Below, piece after piece: positions 6,284 through 15,341 of a DNA stretch of 38,475 bases (the first letter of the stretch is position 1; each line of letters opens with the position of its first letter). The notes under the pieces are model-generated. The model saw only the letters and a list, made by a program, of their open reading frames with translations. It was not told the DNA's origin and did no database searches. This DNA is from Thermoplasmatota archaeon. GTDB taxonomy: Archaea > Thermoplasmatota > Penumbrarchaeia > Penumbrarchaeales > Penumbrarchaeaceae. The position numbers and the translations under genes were made by a program. Location: NCBI GenBank assembly GCA_029762535.1, contig JARVGK010000030.1, positions 1-38,475 of the forward strand, in the 5' to 3' direction.

Positions 6284-8000
6284 TGGTATCCAGCAGCTTC
6301 AGGTCCATCTCCAGGGCGGATACCGGCGTCGCAAGCTGCAGGTCCGTCAGGACCGCCGGGCGGACCTCGCCGAAATGGAGAAGGGGCCATGCTTCATCTG
6401 TGACCAGCTCCGGGAACGGTCCGGAATAGCCCCCGTCCCCCTTCGCGACCATGTACGCTCCGGACCTGCCCCTGATATAGCATCCCATCGAGGAGGGAAG
6501 GAGCAGCGGGTCCATGTCCAGGTCCGAGAGCAGCCTTCTGGCGATCCCCTTGATCTCGGTGAACGACGCCTTGATGTCCTCGCTGACGAGGGTCAGGACC
6601 TTCATGCTCCTGTTACCTACCATGACGTCCGCCACCTCGAACAGCCTCTGGGGCTGGTCCCTGTGCCTGTTCATTGACAGCAGCCGCAGGAGGGACGGGA
6701 TAGCGCTCATCCTGACGGTGGTGTGCTCGGTCGTGATAGGATTGATTATTAGCGGAAGGGGGCAGTGCTCACGCCCCATCATCTCGAGCTGATCCGATTC
6801 GTTCGATAGCGATATGGTCCTGGCCTCAAGGAATCCCAGCCCGATCATGATCTCCCGAAGCACCCTCGAAAGGGTCGTGATCGATCTCTCGGAAGCTGTC
6901 GTGTGCTCTGTGGGGAGGGAACCGGGGAAGGAGGAGAAACCCAGGCCTATGGCGATGTCCTCAACGATGTCGGCCTCATGCAGGATGTCCGCCCTCCATG
7001 GGGGGACCGAGCAGGATATCATGTCCCCATGACGCTCGATGTCCCTGAACCCCATACGCATGAGGGCCTTGGATATTTCCTCCTGATCGAGTTCCCTTCC
7101 GAGCCAGCCGGATGCATATCGTGGATCGAGCTCAGCCCTGGTCCAGGAATACTCTGGCCATGAAATGGCACCCATTCCTCCAGAGAGATATGGTTCGACC
7201 GGAGGATAGCGCACCTCCACCGAAAAGAGAGCACCTCCTCTGTCCATTAGCTGGGAGCATACGATGTTGAGGGCAAGTGATACAGCGTTCCGGTCCGTTC
7301 CGGTCACATCTATGAATATGTCCCTCTTTCCGGTGCGCAGCCTTGTCAGTTCCCCGTTTATGATGGGAGGGAAGGACAGGACCCTGCCCCGAGCATCCGT
7401 TATCACAGGATATCTCTCATGCTCCTGGAGCGTCCAGGCGTATGCGGTCCCCTTCTCGTGCTCCTCGAGTATCCTCTCAAGGTCCCATTCCCCCTCCTTT
7501 CCCAGAGGTTGGAAGGAGATCCCGGACGGTTCGTAGGAGTCGTAGGCGAAAGGGGGCTCCACCGTGGTAAGATCGTGGATCCCGATGGCGACCTTGGCGC
7601 GTTTCCTGCCAAGGGTTATGTGCAGCTTTTCCTGGAGGTTCATTATCGAGAGCAGGGCGGACTCATCGTTGTCCACACCCTTCACAACGGCGGCCCCGAT
7701 GATCGGGCGTATCGTGGAAACCCCCTTCATCACATCAAGGACGATACCGGAGTCCCCCGTGATCGCGTACCTCCCCTTCGATGTCGTGTCCGGGGACTTG
7801 AGGTCCCTGTATGCCCGGGCAATCCCCTCCACACCGAAGAGGTCGGGCCTGTTAGGGAAGAACTCGACGGAGATCTCGCCCCCCCCCATCTTCTCGACCG
7901 TGGCCCCGATCATCGGTATCTCCGAGGCGAATTCGTCGATCGAGAACCCATCGCCGCAAAGCCTCGAGAGGTCCTCTATGTCCATGTTTATTACGGGCAT
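6264..8000 (-). CDS. pheT: Phenylalanine--tRNA ligase beta subunit (archaeal type)
   Basis: MPVI start, PNRPDL..EGIARA, QEKLH...GRKR.K.AIGIHD, LSFPPIIN, VPPWRADILH..DIVEDIAI. Confidence 0.95.
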   Translation of the reverse strand: MPVINMDIEDLSRLCGDGFSIDEFASEIPMIGATVEKMGGGEISVEFFPNRPDLFGVEGIARAYRDLKSPDTTSKGRYAITGDSGIVLDVMKGVSTIRPIIGAAVVKGVDNDESALLSIMNLQEKLHITLGRKRAKVAIGIHDLTTVEPPFAYDSYEPSGISFQPLGKEGEWDLERILEEHEKGTAYAWTLQEHERYPVITDARGRVLSFPPIINGELTRLRTGKRDIFIDVTGTDRNAVSLALNIVCSQLMDRGGALFSVEVRYPPVEPYLSGGMGAISWPEYSWTRAELDPRYASGWLGRELDQEEISKALMRMGFRDIERHGDMISCSVPPWRADILHEADIVEDIAIGLGFSSFPGSLPTEHTTASERSITTLSRVLREIMIGLGFLEARTISLSNESDQLEMMGREHCPLPLIINPITTEHTTVRMSAIPSLLRLLSMNRHRDQPQRLFEVADVMVGNRSMKVLTLVSEDIKASFTEIKGIARRLLSDLDMDPLLLPSSMGCYIRGRSGAYMVAKGDGGYSGPFPELVTDEAWPLLHFGEVRPAVLTDLQLATPVSALEMDLKLLDTITDRAL

Positions 8001-8107
8001 ATCTTCACCGACGCTTAGATTGCGACCAAGTAGATAACCTTTGCAGGAGGGCTTCGGGACAGCACTTTTATATCAGTCCCGCATCACACGTTCCAAGGTG
8101 TTTGACA

Positions 8108-8326
8108 ATGACCGATCAGATAACCCCCGAGATGAGCATCATGGAGATCGTCCAGAAATATCCGGATACCAAACGCGTTTTCATGTTCCACGGTCTTCAC
8201 TGTCTGGGATGCGCCATAGCCCAGTTCGAGACCCTCAGAGAGGGAGCGATGGCGCACGGGATGGACCTCGAACCGCTGCTGAAGGACCTGAACGAAGCCG
8301 CATCCTCCCAAGGGTCGAAAGAGTGA
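8108..8326 (+). CDS. DUF1858 domain (CxxC) protein
   Basis: ITPEMSIMEIVQKYP...VF..HGLHCLGC....ETL.EGA..HG. TATA TTTTATAT about 35 nt upstream. Confidence 0.88.
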   Translation: MTDQITPEMSIMEIVQKYPDTKRVFMFHGLHCLGCAIAQFETLREGAMAHGMDLEPLLKDLNEAASSQGSKE

Positions 8327-8351
8327 GGTCCGTCGGTCACCGGTCCGCCAT

Positions 8352-8370
8352 GTGACAAAAGTATTTATAT
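8352..8370 (+). promoter_or_regulatory. BRE/TATA promoter of the ribosomal-protein operon
   Basis: GTGACAAAAG-TATTTATAT: purine-rich BRE followed by TTTATA box; predicted TSS near 8392. Confidence 0.65.
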
Positions 8371-8390
8371 GGAATCTGTTATCGCCGCCC

Positions 8391-8592
8391 TGCCAAGTAT
8401 AAATAGAGGCCCTCTGGACATGCGATTTGGGCAACCGTGCGCGGACCCTGTCCCCGGAAAAAATCGCCCGATGGGCGCTTCTCGTTCCGGTGGGATCGCA
8501 ACGACCAGACAGGTGGAGATGCTGGGCAGTTACTGGGCCACGTTCGTGGTCGAGCTACCTTGCTCCATCTTCCTTGGCACCAGTATCGGAGG
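8391..8592 (+). ncRNA. Candidate structured 5' leader RNA of the uL3 operon
   Basis: Closing stem TGCCAAG (8391-8397)/CTTGGCA (8573-8579) encloses at least 6 nested stems and ends just before the GGAGG SD (8588-8592). Confidence 0.55.
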
Positions 8593-8598
8593 AATGAT

Positions 8599-9594
8599 AT
8601 GGCAAAGCCGCACAGGCCGAGAAGGGGTTCCATGGGCTACAGCCCCAGGAAGAGGGCCAAGAAGGAGACCCCGAACGTGAGGTCCTGGCCCGAAGGAGGC
8701 CAGGAACCCAAGATACAGGGCTTCGCAGGATACAAGGCGGGCATGACGCACGCCTTCGTAGTCGATTACAGGCCGACCTCCACCACCTCGGGTCAGGAGG
8801 TCCAGATACCCGTCACCGTCGTGGAGGTCCCTCCGCTGAAGGTTGCAGGCATCAGGCTTTACCGGGAGGACCCGTACGGGATGACGTCGTGCGCGGAGGT
8901 TTGGGCCCAGAAGCTGGATAAGGAGCTGGCCCGCAGGCTGCCCATCCCTTCCAAGGGAGGAAAACCGGACCTGAAGCTCCTGGATGTCGAGGATCCCGAT
9001 GAGATCAGGATCATAGTCCACACTTTGCCCGGCCTAGTGACCGGAACGCCGAAGAAGTCGCCGGAACTGATGGAGATACGCATCGGAGGAGGCACTACAA
9101 AGCAGAGGATCGAATACGCCAAGGGCCTTCTGGGCAAGGAGATCCCATTCAACGAGTTCCAGGTCGAGGGCGCCATGGTTGATATCGTCGCCGTCACCAA
9201 GGGCAAGGGCTTCACAGGCAGGGTCAAGCGTTTCAACGTCAAGCTGCTGGTCCACAAGAACTCCAAGCACAGGAGGATGATAGGTACGCAGGGTGCGTTC
9301 CATCCCGGCCTGGTCGCTAGCACGGTCCCCAACTCGGGCCAGATGGGGTATCACAAGAGGACCGAACATAACAAGAGGATACTGAAGATAGGAAAGGACG
9401 GAGCCGAGATAACCCCTAAAGGAGGTTTCCTCCATTATGGGCTAGTACAGAACAACTACGTTCTCATACACGGTTCCATCCCGGGACCGACCAAGAGGCT
9501 GATAAGGTTCAGGGACCCTGTGAGATTGTCCGGGGTCGAGGTGAAGGTACCGGATCTGACCTACATAAGCACGGCATCGAAGCAGGGTAGGTGA
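8599..9594 (+). CDS. rpl3: 50S ribosomal protein L3 (uL3)
   Basis: HRPRRGSMGYSPRKRA, GFAGYKAGMTH, TKGKGFTG, GQMGYHKRTE. ATG at 8599 after GGAGG. Confidence 0.98.
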   Translation: MAKPHRPRRGSMGYSPRKRAKKETPNVRSWPEGGQEPKIQGFAGYKAGMTHAFVVDYRPTSTTSGQEVQIPVTVVEVPPLKVAGIRLYREDPYGMTSCAEVWAQKLDKELARRLPIPSKGGKPDLKLLDVEDPDEIRIIVHTLPGLVTGTPKKSPELMEIRIGGGTTKQRIEYAKGLLGKEIPFNEFQVEGAMVDIVAVTKGKGFTGRVKRFNVKLLVHKNSKHRRMIGTQGAFHPGLVASTVPNSGQMGYHKRTEHNKRILKIGKDGAEITPKGGFLHYGLVQNNYVLIHGSIPGPTKRLIRFRDPVRLSGVEVKVPDLTYISTASKQGR

Positions 9595-9599
9595 TCGTG

Positions 9600-10397
9600 A
9601 TGGCTAAGAAGATTACGACAAAGGGCGATGCGAAGGCGAGCAAGGTCAACGTATACGGTACCGACGGGACGGTCAAGGGAAAGGCAGAACTCCCTCCCGT
9701 TTTCGCGACGCCGTACAGGCCCGATGTGATAAGGAGGGCCGTCGTGTCCGCGCAGGCAAACAGGAGGCAGAGGTACGGCCCCAGCAAGGTCGCTGGGATG
9801 AGACATTCCGTATCTACGTGGGGCAAAGGCAGGGGCGCTGCAAGGGTTCAGAGGCTCAAGGCAGGCCGCACGGGTGCCGAGTCCCCGAACAACGTCGGAG
9901 GCAGGAGGGCACATCCTCCCAGCCCCGAGCATTATTTCACCAAGAAGATCAACGCCAAGGAGAGGAGGCTTGCGATATCTTCCGCTCTCGCGGCCACATC
10001 CAGAGAGGATCTGGTCCGCTATAGGGGGCACAGGTTCAAGGAGGGCCTCAGCCTTCCGGTCATCGTCGAGGACGGCGCCGAGGACCTCTCAAGGACCTCG
10101 GAAGTGATGAGCTTACTTGAGGCGGTGGGATTGGTCGACGATATCGACAGGTCCTCCAACGGTACTCATATCAGGGCGGGACGTGGAAAGATGAGAGGCA
10201 GGCGCTACAGGACCCCCAAGTCCATCCTGTTCATCGCGTCCGATGGATCCTCTCTCATAAAGGGGGCAAGGAACCTGCCAGGCGTCAACGCAACGTCCCC
10301 CAAGGGACTGAACGCGGAGTATCTCGCTCCGGGAGGGGACCCGGGAAGGCTCGTCGTGATATCCAAAAAGGCGCTGAGCGCGCTGGGAGGCGAGTGA
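9600..10397 (+). CDS. rpl4: 50S ribosomal protein L4 (uL4)
   Basis: RPDVIRRAV, WGKGRGAARVQR, GGRRAHPP, IRAGRGKMRGRRY, LAPGGDPGRL. Confidence 0.98.
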   Translation: MAKKITTKGDAKASKVNVYGTDGTVKGKAELPPVFATPYRPDVIRRAVVSAQANRRQRYGPSKVAGMRHSVSTWGKGRGAARVQRLKAGRTGAESPNNVGGRRAHPPSPEHYFTKKINAKERRLAISSALAATSREDLVRYRGHRFKEGLSLPVIVEDGAEDLSRTSEVMSLLEAVGLVDDIDRSSNGTHIRAGRGKMRGRRYRTPKSILFIASDGSSLIKGARNLPGVNATSPKGLNAEYLAPGGDPGRLVVISKKALSALGGE

Positions 10398-10398
10398 T

Positions 10399-10665
10399 AT
10401 GGAACACAGGGTGCCGCATCAGATCCTATTGAACCCTTATGTGACCGAGAAGACCCTCAACATGATGGAGAGGGACAATTCACTGATGTTCATCGTAAGG
10501 AACGATTCCACGAAAGCCCAGATAAAATGGGCTTTCGAGTCCCTGTTCGAGGTCAAGGTGGACAGGGTGAATGTGAGGCATTGCAGGTACGGAAAGCAGG
10601 CCATCATCCGGCTGAACAAGGATTTCAGCGCGGGCGATATCGGAATGAGGATCGGAATATTCTAA
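10399..10665 (+). CDS. rpl23: 50S ribosomal protein L23 (uL23)
   Basis: PYVTEKT...N.L.FIV...TKAQIK...E.LF.VKV..VN; operon position. Confidence 0.97.
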   Translation: MEHRVPHQILLNPYVTEKTLNMMERDNSLMFIVRNDSTKAQIKWAFESLFEVKVDRVNVRHCRYGKQAIIRLNKDFSAGDIGMRIGIF

Positions 10666-10677
10666 GGGGTGAAAGAG

Positions 10678-11391
10678 ATGGGAAAGCGAATAATCGTCAG
10701 AAGGAGGGGCAAGGGAGCTGCCGGATATCGTTCCCCCAGCCACAGGCACCTCTCCGCAGCGGTCCTGCCCAAATTGAGGTCGGGGCGCGCGAGGGTCATC
10801 GACCTTCATCACGATCCGGGCCACACCGCACCGATGGCCAAACTGCTTTGGAACGATGGCCTGTTGAGGTACATGCTCGCACCTGAGGGATTGAGAGTAG
10901 GGGACGAGGTCCTCATGGGAGAGGACGCCCCTATAAGGTCCGGCAACATTCTTCCCCTTTCGATAATACCGGAAGGGACCCCGATCTATCACATAGAGGC
11001 CAATCCGCTCGACGGCGGTAGGTTCGTCAAGGCCGGTGGTACATCGGCGACGATAATAACCCGAGGGAAGAAAGTGACGGTACAGCTGCCCTCCGGTCAG
11101 TTCAAGAGCCTCTCCGGCGGATGCAGGGCCATAGTCGGCATAGTATCCGGAGGAGGCAGGCATGAGCTGCCCATCGGCAAAGCGGGGAAGATGTATCATA
11201 TGAACAGGAGCCATGCGAAGATATGGCCCCGGGTATCCGGCGTATCGATGAACCCTGTGAACCATCCGCATGGAGGTGGTAACCATCCTCACATCGGTAA
11301 ACCCAGCACGGTTTCGAGACACGCACCTCCCGGCAGGAAGGTCGGAAGGCTCAGCCCCAAGAAGAGGGATAAGAAGGGCAGGAAGGGGTGA
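10678..11391 (+). CDS. rpl2: 50S ribosomal protein L2 (uL2)
   Basis: MGKRI..RRRGKG, HDPG.TAP, LPSG..K, WPRVSGVSMNPVNHPHGGG, PPGRKVG. Confidence 0.98.
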   Translation: MGKRIIVRRRGKGAAGYRSPSHRHLSAAVLPKLRSGRARVIDLHHDPGHTAPMAKLLWNDGLLRYMLAPEGLRVGDEVLMGEDAPIRSGNILPLSIIPEGTPIYHIEANPLDGGRFVKAGGTSATIITRGKKVTVQLPSGQFKSLSGGCRAIVGIVSGGGRHELPIGKAGKMYHMNRSHAKIWPRVSGVSMNPVNHPHGGGNHPHIGKPSTVSRHAPPGRKVGRLSPKKRDKKGRKG

Positions 11392-11396
11392 TGTAG

Positions 11397-11852
11397 TTGG
11401 TTAGGGGAACGGCCACAGCCAAGAGTGCAAGAAGGAAGGCAAGGAAGCTTAAAGGGAAGATCGCCGCGAAGAGGAAGAAGGAATTCCTCTACAGGGGACT
11501 GACGCTGGAGAAGCTGCAGTCCCTCTCCATGGAGGAGGTCACAGACCTGCTTCCCGCAAGGGCGCGGCGCTCCATAAACAGAGGAATGCTGCAGAAGAAC
11601 AGGCGTTTCTTCCACCATTTGGAACGGGGCGACGAGGTCATAAGGACCCAGTCCAGGGAGATAGTCGTTCTACCGTCCATGGTCGGAAGGAAGATATCCG
11701 TCCATGACGGGAGGTCCTTCGTGGAACTGAATATCATCCCGGAGATGATAGGCCATCACATCGGTGAGTTCGCCCTAACGAGGAAAGAGGTCAAGCACAC
11801 CGGCGTAGGGGTCGGAGCGACCCGTTCCTCGAAGTTCATGCCGCTGAAGTGA
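11397..11852 (+). CDS. rps19: 30S ribosomal protein S19 (uS19)
   Basis: FLYRG, LPARARRS, PEMIGHHIGEFALTRK, GATRSSKFMPLK. TTG start with basic N-terminal extension. Confidence 0.97.
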   Translation: MVRGTATAKSARRKARKLKGKIAAKRKKEFLYRGLTLEKLQSLSMEEVTDLLPARARRSINRGMLQKNRRFFHHLERGDEVIRTQSREIVVLPSMVGRKISVHDGRSFVELNIIPEMIGHHIGEFALTRKEVKHTGVGVGATRSSKFMPLK

Positions 11853-11861
11853 GGTGATTTG

Positions 11862-12326
11862 ATGAGATACTCTGTTGAATCTGATCCGGATACGACGGCA
11901 AGGGCGATATTGAAGGAGGCCGACATGTCGCCCAAGCATTCCATCGAGATATGCAATCACATCAAGGGCATGGACCTCCAGAAGGCCAAGGACTTTCTCG
12001 AACTGGTAGTTGAGAAGAAGGTCCCGGTGCCTTATCGCAGGTTCGTTGGTGGAGTGGCCCACCGGAAGGGGAAGGGTTTCGGGCCCGGAAGATATCCCCA
12101 GAAGGCGGCGCGTAAAATACTCAAGTTGCTGAAGGACTGTGAGAGCAATGCGGAGTACAACGGATTGAACACCGATGAGCTGTACATCAAGCACATCGCC
12201 GCTCACAGGGGCAAGGTTACGAGGGGCTGGATGCCCAGGGCCCACGGAAGGGCCACTGATTGGGACATCCATACCGTGAACGTGGAAGTGGTCATGCAGG
12301 AAAAGGAGGGAGATAATGGCCAATGA
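11862..12326 (+). CDS. rpl22: 50S ribosomal protein L22 (uL22)
   Basis: SPKHSIEIC..IKG, VPYRR, GRYPQKAA, PRAHGRA. Confidence 0.97.
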   Translation: MRYSVESDPDTTARAILKEADMSPKHSIEICNHIKGMDLQKAKDFLELVVEKKVPVPYRRFVGGVAHRKGKGFGPGRYPQKAARKILKLLKDCESNAEYNGLNTDELYIKHIAAHRGKVTRGWMPRAHGRATDWDIHTVNVEVVMQEKEGDNGQ

Positions 12327-13176
12327 GAGGAAGTTCGTCTCCGAGAACATAAGAAGGGTCCTCCTCAAGGAATACTTCAGGAAGGAGACCGAGATGGCGG
12401 GTTTCGGTGGGATCGACATCCAGAGGACCCCGATGGGGACCAGGGTGACCCTTAACGTCGAGAGGCCCGGCATGGTGATCGGCAGGAAGGGAGCCAAGAT
12501 CAAGGACCTTACCAGAGTGGTGCAGGAGGTTTACGGCTTCGACAACCCTCAGATAGAGGTGCAGGAATGCAGGAACCCCTCCAAGAACTCGCAGATCATG
12601 GCTCAGAAGCTCGCCATCGCCCTCGAGAGGGGATGGCACTTCAGGAGGGCCGGACACTCCACGCTGAGGCGCATAGGTGACACCGACGTCAAGGGATGTC
12701 AGGTCAAGCTCTCCGGAAAGCTTACCGGACAGCGGCACAGGACGGAGAAGTTCAAGTATGGACATATAAAGTTCTGCGGCGAGCCAGCCCTTACGACGAT
12801 GGATAGGGGCTTTGCGGTCGCCAAGAAGAAGCTGGGGGTCATCGGGGTTTCGGTGGATATCATGCGCTCCGACTCGGTCCTTCCGGACGAGGTGACGATC
12901 CTGGACGTACCGACCTTGGCCGAAGTGGCCGAACTGGAGGTCGTGAACGAGCCAAAGGCCCAGGAAGCGTCCGAAGATGCGCCCTCCGTGGAGGCTGAGG
13001 GGGATCAGAGCCGGACCGAGGGGCCGGAGGAGGAAACCTCCGAGAAGAAGGTATCCAAGAGGAAGCAGAAGCGTATTGACCGCAAGGAGGCTTCCGGCGA
13101 CGAGAACGCGGATGAAGACGGACCTTCGAAAGAGGAAGTAACCGTAAAGGATCCCGAGACGGACGGAGGTGAGTGA
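12316..13176 (+). CDS. rps3: 30S ribosomal protein S3 (uS3) with acidic C-terminal tail
   Basis: RTPMGT, RPGMVIGRKG..I, LERGWHFRRA, SGKLTG.R.RTEKF. Confidence 0.97.
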   Translation: MANERKFVSENIRRVLLKEYFRKETEMAGFGGIDIQRTPMGTRVTLNVERPGMVIGRKGAKIKDLTRVVQEVYGFDNPQIEVQECRNPSKNSQIMAQKLAIALERGWHFRRAGHSTLRRIGDTDVKGCQVKLSGKLTGQRHRTEKFKYGHIKFCGEPALTTMDRGFAVAKKKLGVIGVSVDIMRSDSVLPDEVTILDVPTLAEVAELEVVNEPKAQEASEDAPSVEAEGDQSRTEGPEEETSEKKVSKRKQKRIDRKEASGDENADEDGPSKEEVTVKDPETDGGE

Positions 13177-13381
13177 ATTGCCGCTCCTCAGGACAGAGTC
13201 GATAAGGTCAATGTCGAAGGATGAAAGGAAGGCCAAGATCAGGGAGCTCAGGGATGATCTTTTAAGGGAAAGAGGCGTCTCGGCGATGGGAGGAGCCCCT
13301 CCCAACCCCGGGAAGATCAAAGCCCTCAGGGTGAACATCGCGAGGATCGCGACCATCATGAGGGAGGAGGGAGAACTTTAA
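13169..13381 (+). CDS. rpl29: 50S ribosomal protein L29 (uL29)
   Basis: LR...IR.MS, GGAP.NPGKI..LR..IARI.T; GTG start. Confidence 0.95.
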   Translation: MSELPLLRTESIRSMSKDERKAKIRELRDDLLRERGVSAMGGAPPNPGKIKALRVNIARIATIMREEGEL

Positions 13382-13680
13382 TGGGAGAGATCTGCAGCGT
13401 ATGTGGATTGCCGAAGGAGATCTGCGCCTGCGAGGACATCGCAAGGGAGCAGCAGGACATCAGGATCGCCACCGCCAGGAGGCGGTATGGCAAGATGGTG
13501 ACGACAATATCGGGCATCGATCCGTCGGACATCGATCTCGAGGACCTAGCACGGTTCCTCAAGAACAGATGCGCCGCCGGCGGTACCGTCAAGGACGGCG
13601 TCATCGAGCTTCAGGGCGATCACAAGAAGAAGGCGATCGCATCGCTCAAGGAGAAGGGATACACGAACATATCAGAGTGA
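13381..13680 (+). CDS. sui1: Translation initiation factor SUI1/aIF1
   Basis: CSVCGLPKEICAC Zn motif, RRYGK.VT.I.G, LK..CA.GGTVK...IELQGDH. Confidence 0.96.
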   Translation: MGEICSVCGLPKEICACEDIAREQQDIRIATARRRYGKMVTTISGIDPSDIDLEDLARFLKNRCAAGGTVKDGVIELQGDHKKKAIASLKEKGYTNISE

Positions 13681-13686
13681 GGGTCG

Positions 13687-14007
13687 ATGAACGAAAAAAA
13701 CGCACGCGTCCGTAGCCTTGCAATGGAGGAGTTGATCGGAAAGGACATCAAGATAAGGAAGCACGATATGGCCGATCTGGTGGGGGTCGAGGGCATAGTC
13801 CTCGACGAGACGATGAGGACCTTCCTCATCGGAACCCCCAAGGGTAGGCTTAGGGTCCCGAAGAAGGGCTCCGAGTTCGCCTTCATCGAAGGCGGGCTCC
13901 CGTTGGACGTCCTTTGCGGGGACATGCTTCTGTTCAGGAGCGAGGACCGGATAAAGAGATGCGACACGGCCGGAAAGAAGAAGAACAGGTTCAAGGGACA
14001 GGAATGA
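13687..14007 (+). CDS. rnp1: Ribonuclease P protein component 1 (Rpp29/Pop4)
   Basis: ELIG...I.......G.EG.VLDET..T......VPK....F...G..L..R.EDRIK; conserved position before uS17. Confidence 0.93.
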   Translation: MNEKNARVRSLAMEELIGKDIKIRKHDMADLVGVEGIVLDETMRTFLIGTPKGRLRVPKKGSEFAFIEGGLPLDVLCGDMLLFRSEDRIKRCDTAGKKKNRFKGQE

Positions 14008-14039
14008 AGTTGATAGTTCAGGCGAAAGAGGCGATTTAA

Positions 14040-14555
14040 ATGGTCGATAAGAAGGAAAGGAACACGATCACGGGGGGGGACAAACCCGAATTGACCGATG
14101 TGAAAAAGCCCACGAAGAAGACGGCGGTAGCATCGGACATAAAGACCGTTCAGATGAAGAAGAAGCTGCCGGTCAAGAAGCCAGTAGCGGCGAAGGAAGC
14201 CCCCGTCATCAGGTCGAGGAAGCTCAAGGCGGCCCCTGCGAGGAACATAGGGATCCCCATGCAGATGCCGGTCAAGAGATGCGAGGACAGGTTCTGCCCC
14301 TATCATGGCAAGCTATCCGTAAGGGGGATCATACTCGACGTACAGCTCGTGTCCAAGAGGATGCAGGGTACCGTCGTGGTCAAGCGAGAGCGCAGACATT
14401 ATATCAACAAGTACCAGAGGTACGAGAAGAGAACGTCTCGGTATCTGGCGCATATGCCCCCATGCATGGATTTCGAGGTAGGTGAGATGGTACGCATCGC
14501 CGAATGCAGGCCTCTTTCGAAGGCCACGTCATTCGTGGTCATAGGAGGGGTATGA
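14040..14555 (+). CDS. rps17: 30S ribosomal protein S17 (uS17) with long Lys-rich N-terminal extension
   Basis: RNIGI...P...CED..CPYHG.LSVRG, KYQRYEKR, ECRPLSK. Confidence 0.96.
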   Translation: MVDKKERNTITGGDKPELTDVKKPTKKTAVASDIKTVQMKKKLPVKKPVAAKEAPVIRSRKLKAAPARNIGIPMQMPVKRCEDRFCPYHGKLSVRGIILDVQLVSKRMQGTVVVKRERRHYINKYQRYEKRTSRYLAHMPPCMDFEVGEMVRIAECRPLSKATSFVVIGGV

Positions 14556-14556
14556 T

Positions 14557-14955
14557 ATGAAAGGCATTGCTGGAAGGCATACGAGGGGCCTCCTGGTCGG
14601 TTCCAAGGTGCCCTGTGCGGACAACACGGGGGCGAAGATCGTTCAGATCGTTCAGGTCTTCAAGTATCACGGCACGAAGCGGAGGGTACCTTCCGCCGGA
14701 ATAGGGGATATGGTCCTTGTATCGGTGAAGAAGGGAAGTCCGGAGCTGAGGAAGCAGCTCTTCCCCGCCGTTGTGGTGAGGCAGAGGAGGCCTTTCAGAA
14801 GGTCCGACGGGATCATGGTTTCCTTCGAGGACAATGCGGTCGTCCTCACAACACCCACTGGAGAGACCAAGGGGTCCGATATAAAAGGTCCAGTGGCCAG
14901 GGAGGCCGCGGAGAGATATGCGAGGATAGCCGCGAACGCATCTACGATCGTATGA
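14557..14955 (+). CDS. rpl14: 50S ribosomal protein L14 (uL14)
   Basis: CADNTGAK, SVKKG.PELRKQ, FEDNA.V, IKGPVAREAA. Confidence 0.98.
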   Translation: MKGIAGRHTRGLLVGSKVPCADNTGAKIVQIVQVFKYHGTKRRVPSAGIGDMVLVSVKKGSPELRKQLFPAVVVRQRRPFRRSDGIMVSFEDNAVVLTTPTGETKGSDIKGPVAREAAERYARIAANASTIV

Positions 14956-14967
14956 GGAGTGATGGAA

Positions 14968-15339
14968 ATGAACAAGGTATCTAGCTCGCCTAGAAAACAA
15001 CACAGATCGAGGGCCAAGGCGCCGTTCCACAGGAGGGGCAAGGAGATAAAGGTCCATCTGGACAGCTCCAAATACGGCAACCTGCCCGTAAGCAAGCTAA
15101 CCGTCAGGAAAGGCGATACGGTCAGGATACTCCGGGGATCCCGCACGGGACTAGAGGGGAAGGTGTCCCAGGTGAATATCAAGAGCAGGAAGCTCTCCGT
15201 AGAGAAAGCACTGATAAGGAAATCGGACAACAAGGAGGTCCCGCTGTGGTTCGATCCGTCGAACCTCATCATCACCAAGATAGACCTCACCGACCCGGTC
15301 AGGAAGGAGACCTTCAAGATGTTGAGCGAGGAGGGATAG
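14968..15339 (+). CDS. rpl24: 50S ribosomal protein L24 (uL24)
   Basis: SSPRKQ.....AP.H.R, VRKGDTVRILRG, DPSNL.ITK. Start could be 14959, 14962 or 14968. Confidence 0.96.
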   Translation: MNKVSSSPRKQHRSRAKAPFHRRGKEIKVHLDSSKYGNLPVSKLTVRKGDTVRILRGSRTGLEGKVSQVNIKSRKLSVEKALIRKSDNKEVPLWFDPSNLIITKIDLTDPVRKETFKMLSEEG

Positions 15340-15341
15340 TC

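Noticed and set aside
8391-8592. SRP RNA, RNase P RNA or tRNA in the rpl3 upstream region or in region 2093-2462
   Set aside because: No SRP helix-8 motif, no RNase P GAGGAAAGUCC/AACAGAA motifs, and no tRNA T-loop cloverleaf.
8369-8680. ORFs 8369-8680(+), 8379-8633(-) and the 54-aa N-extension of uL3 from 8437
   Set aside because: No recognisable motifs. The uL3 homology and SD point to ATG 8599, and the region is better explained as a structured UTR.
15246-15341. GTG-initiated 32-aa N-extension of eS4
   Set aside because: Overlaps rpl24 by about 94 nt, lacks an SD and is non-homologous.
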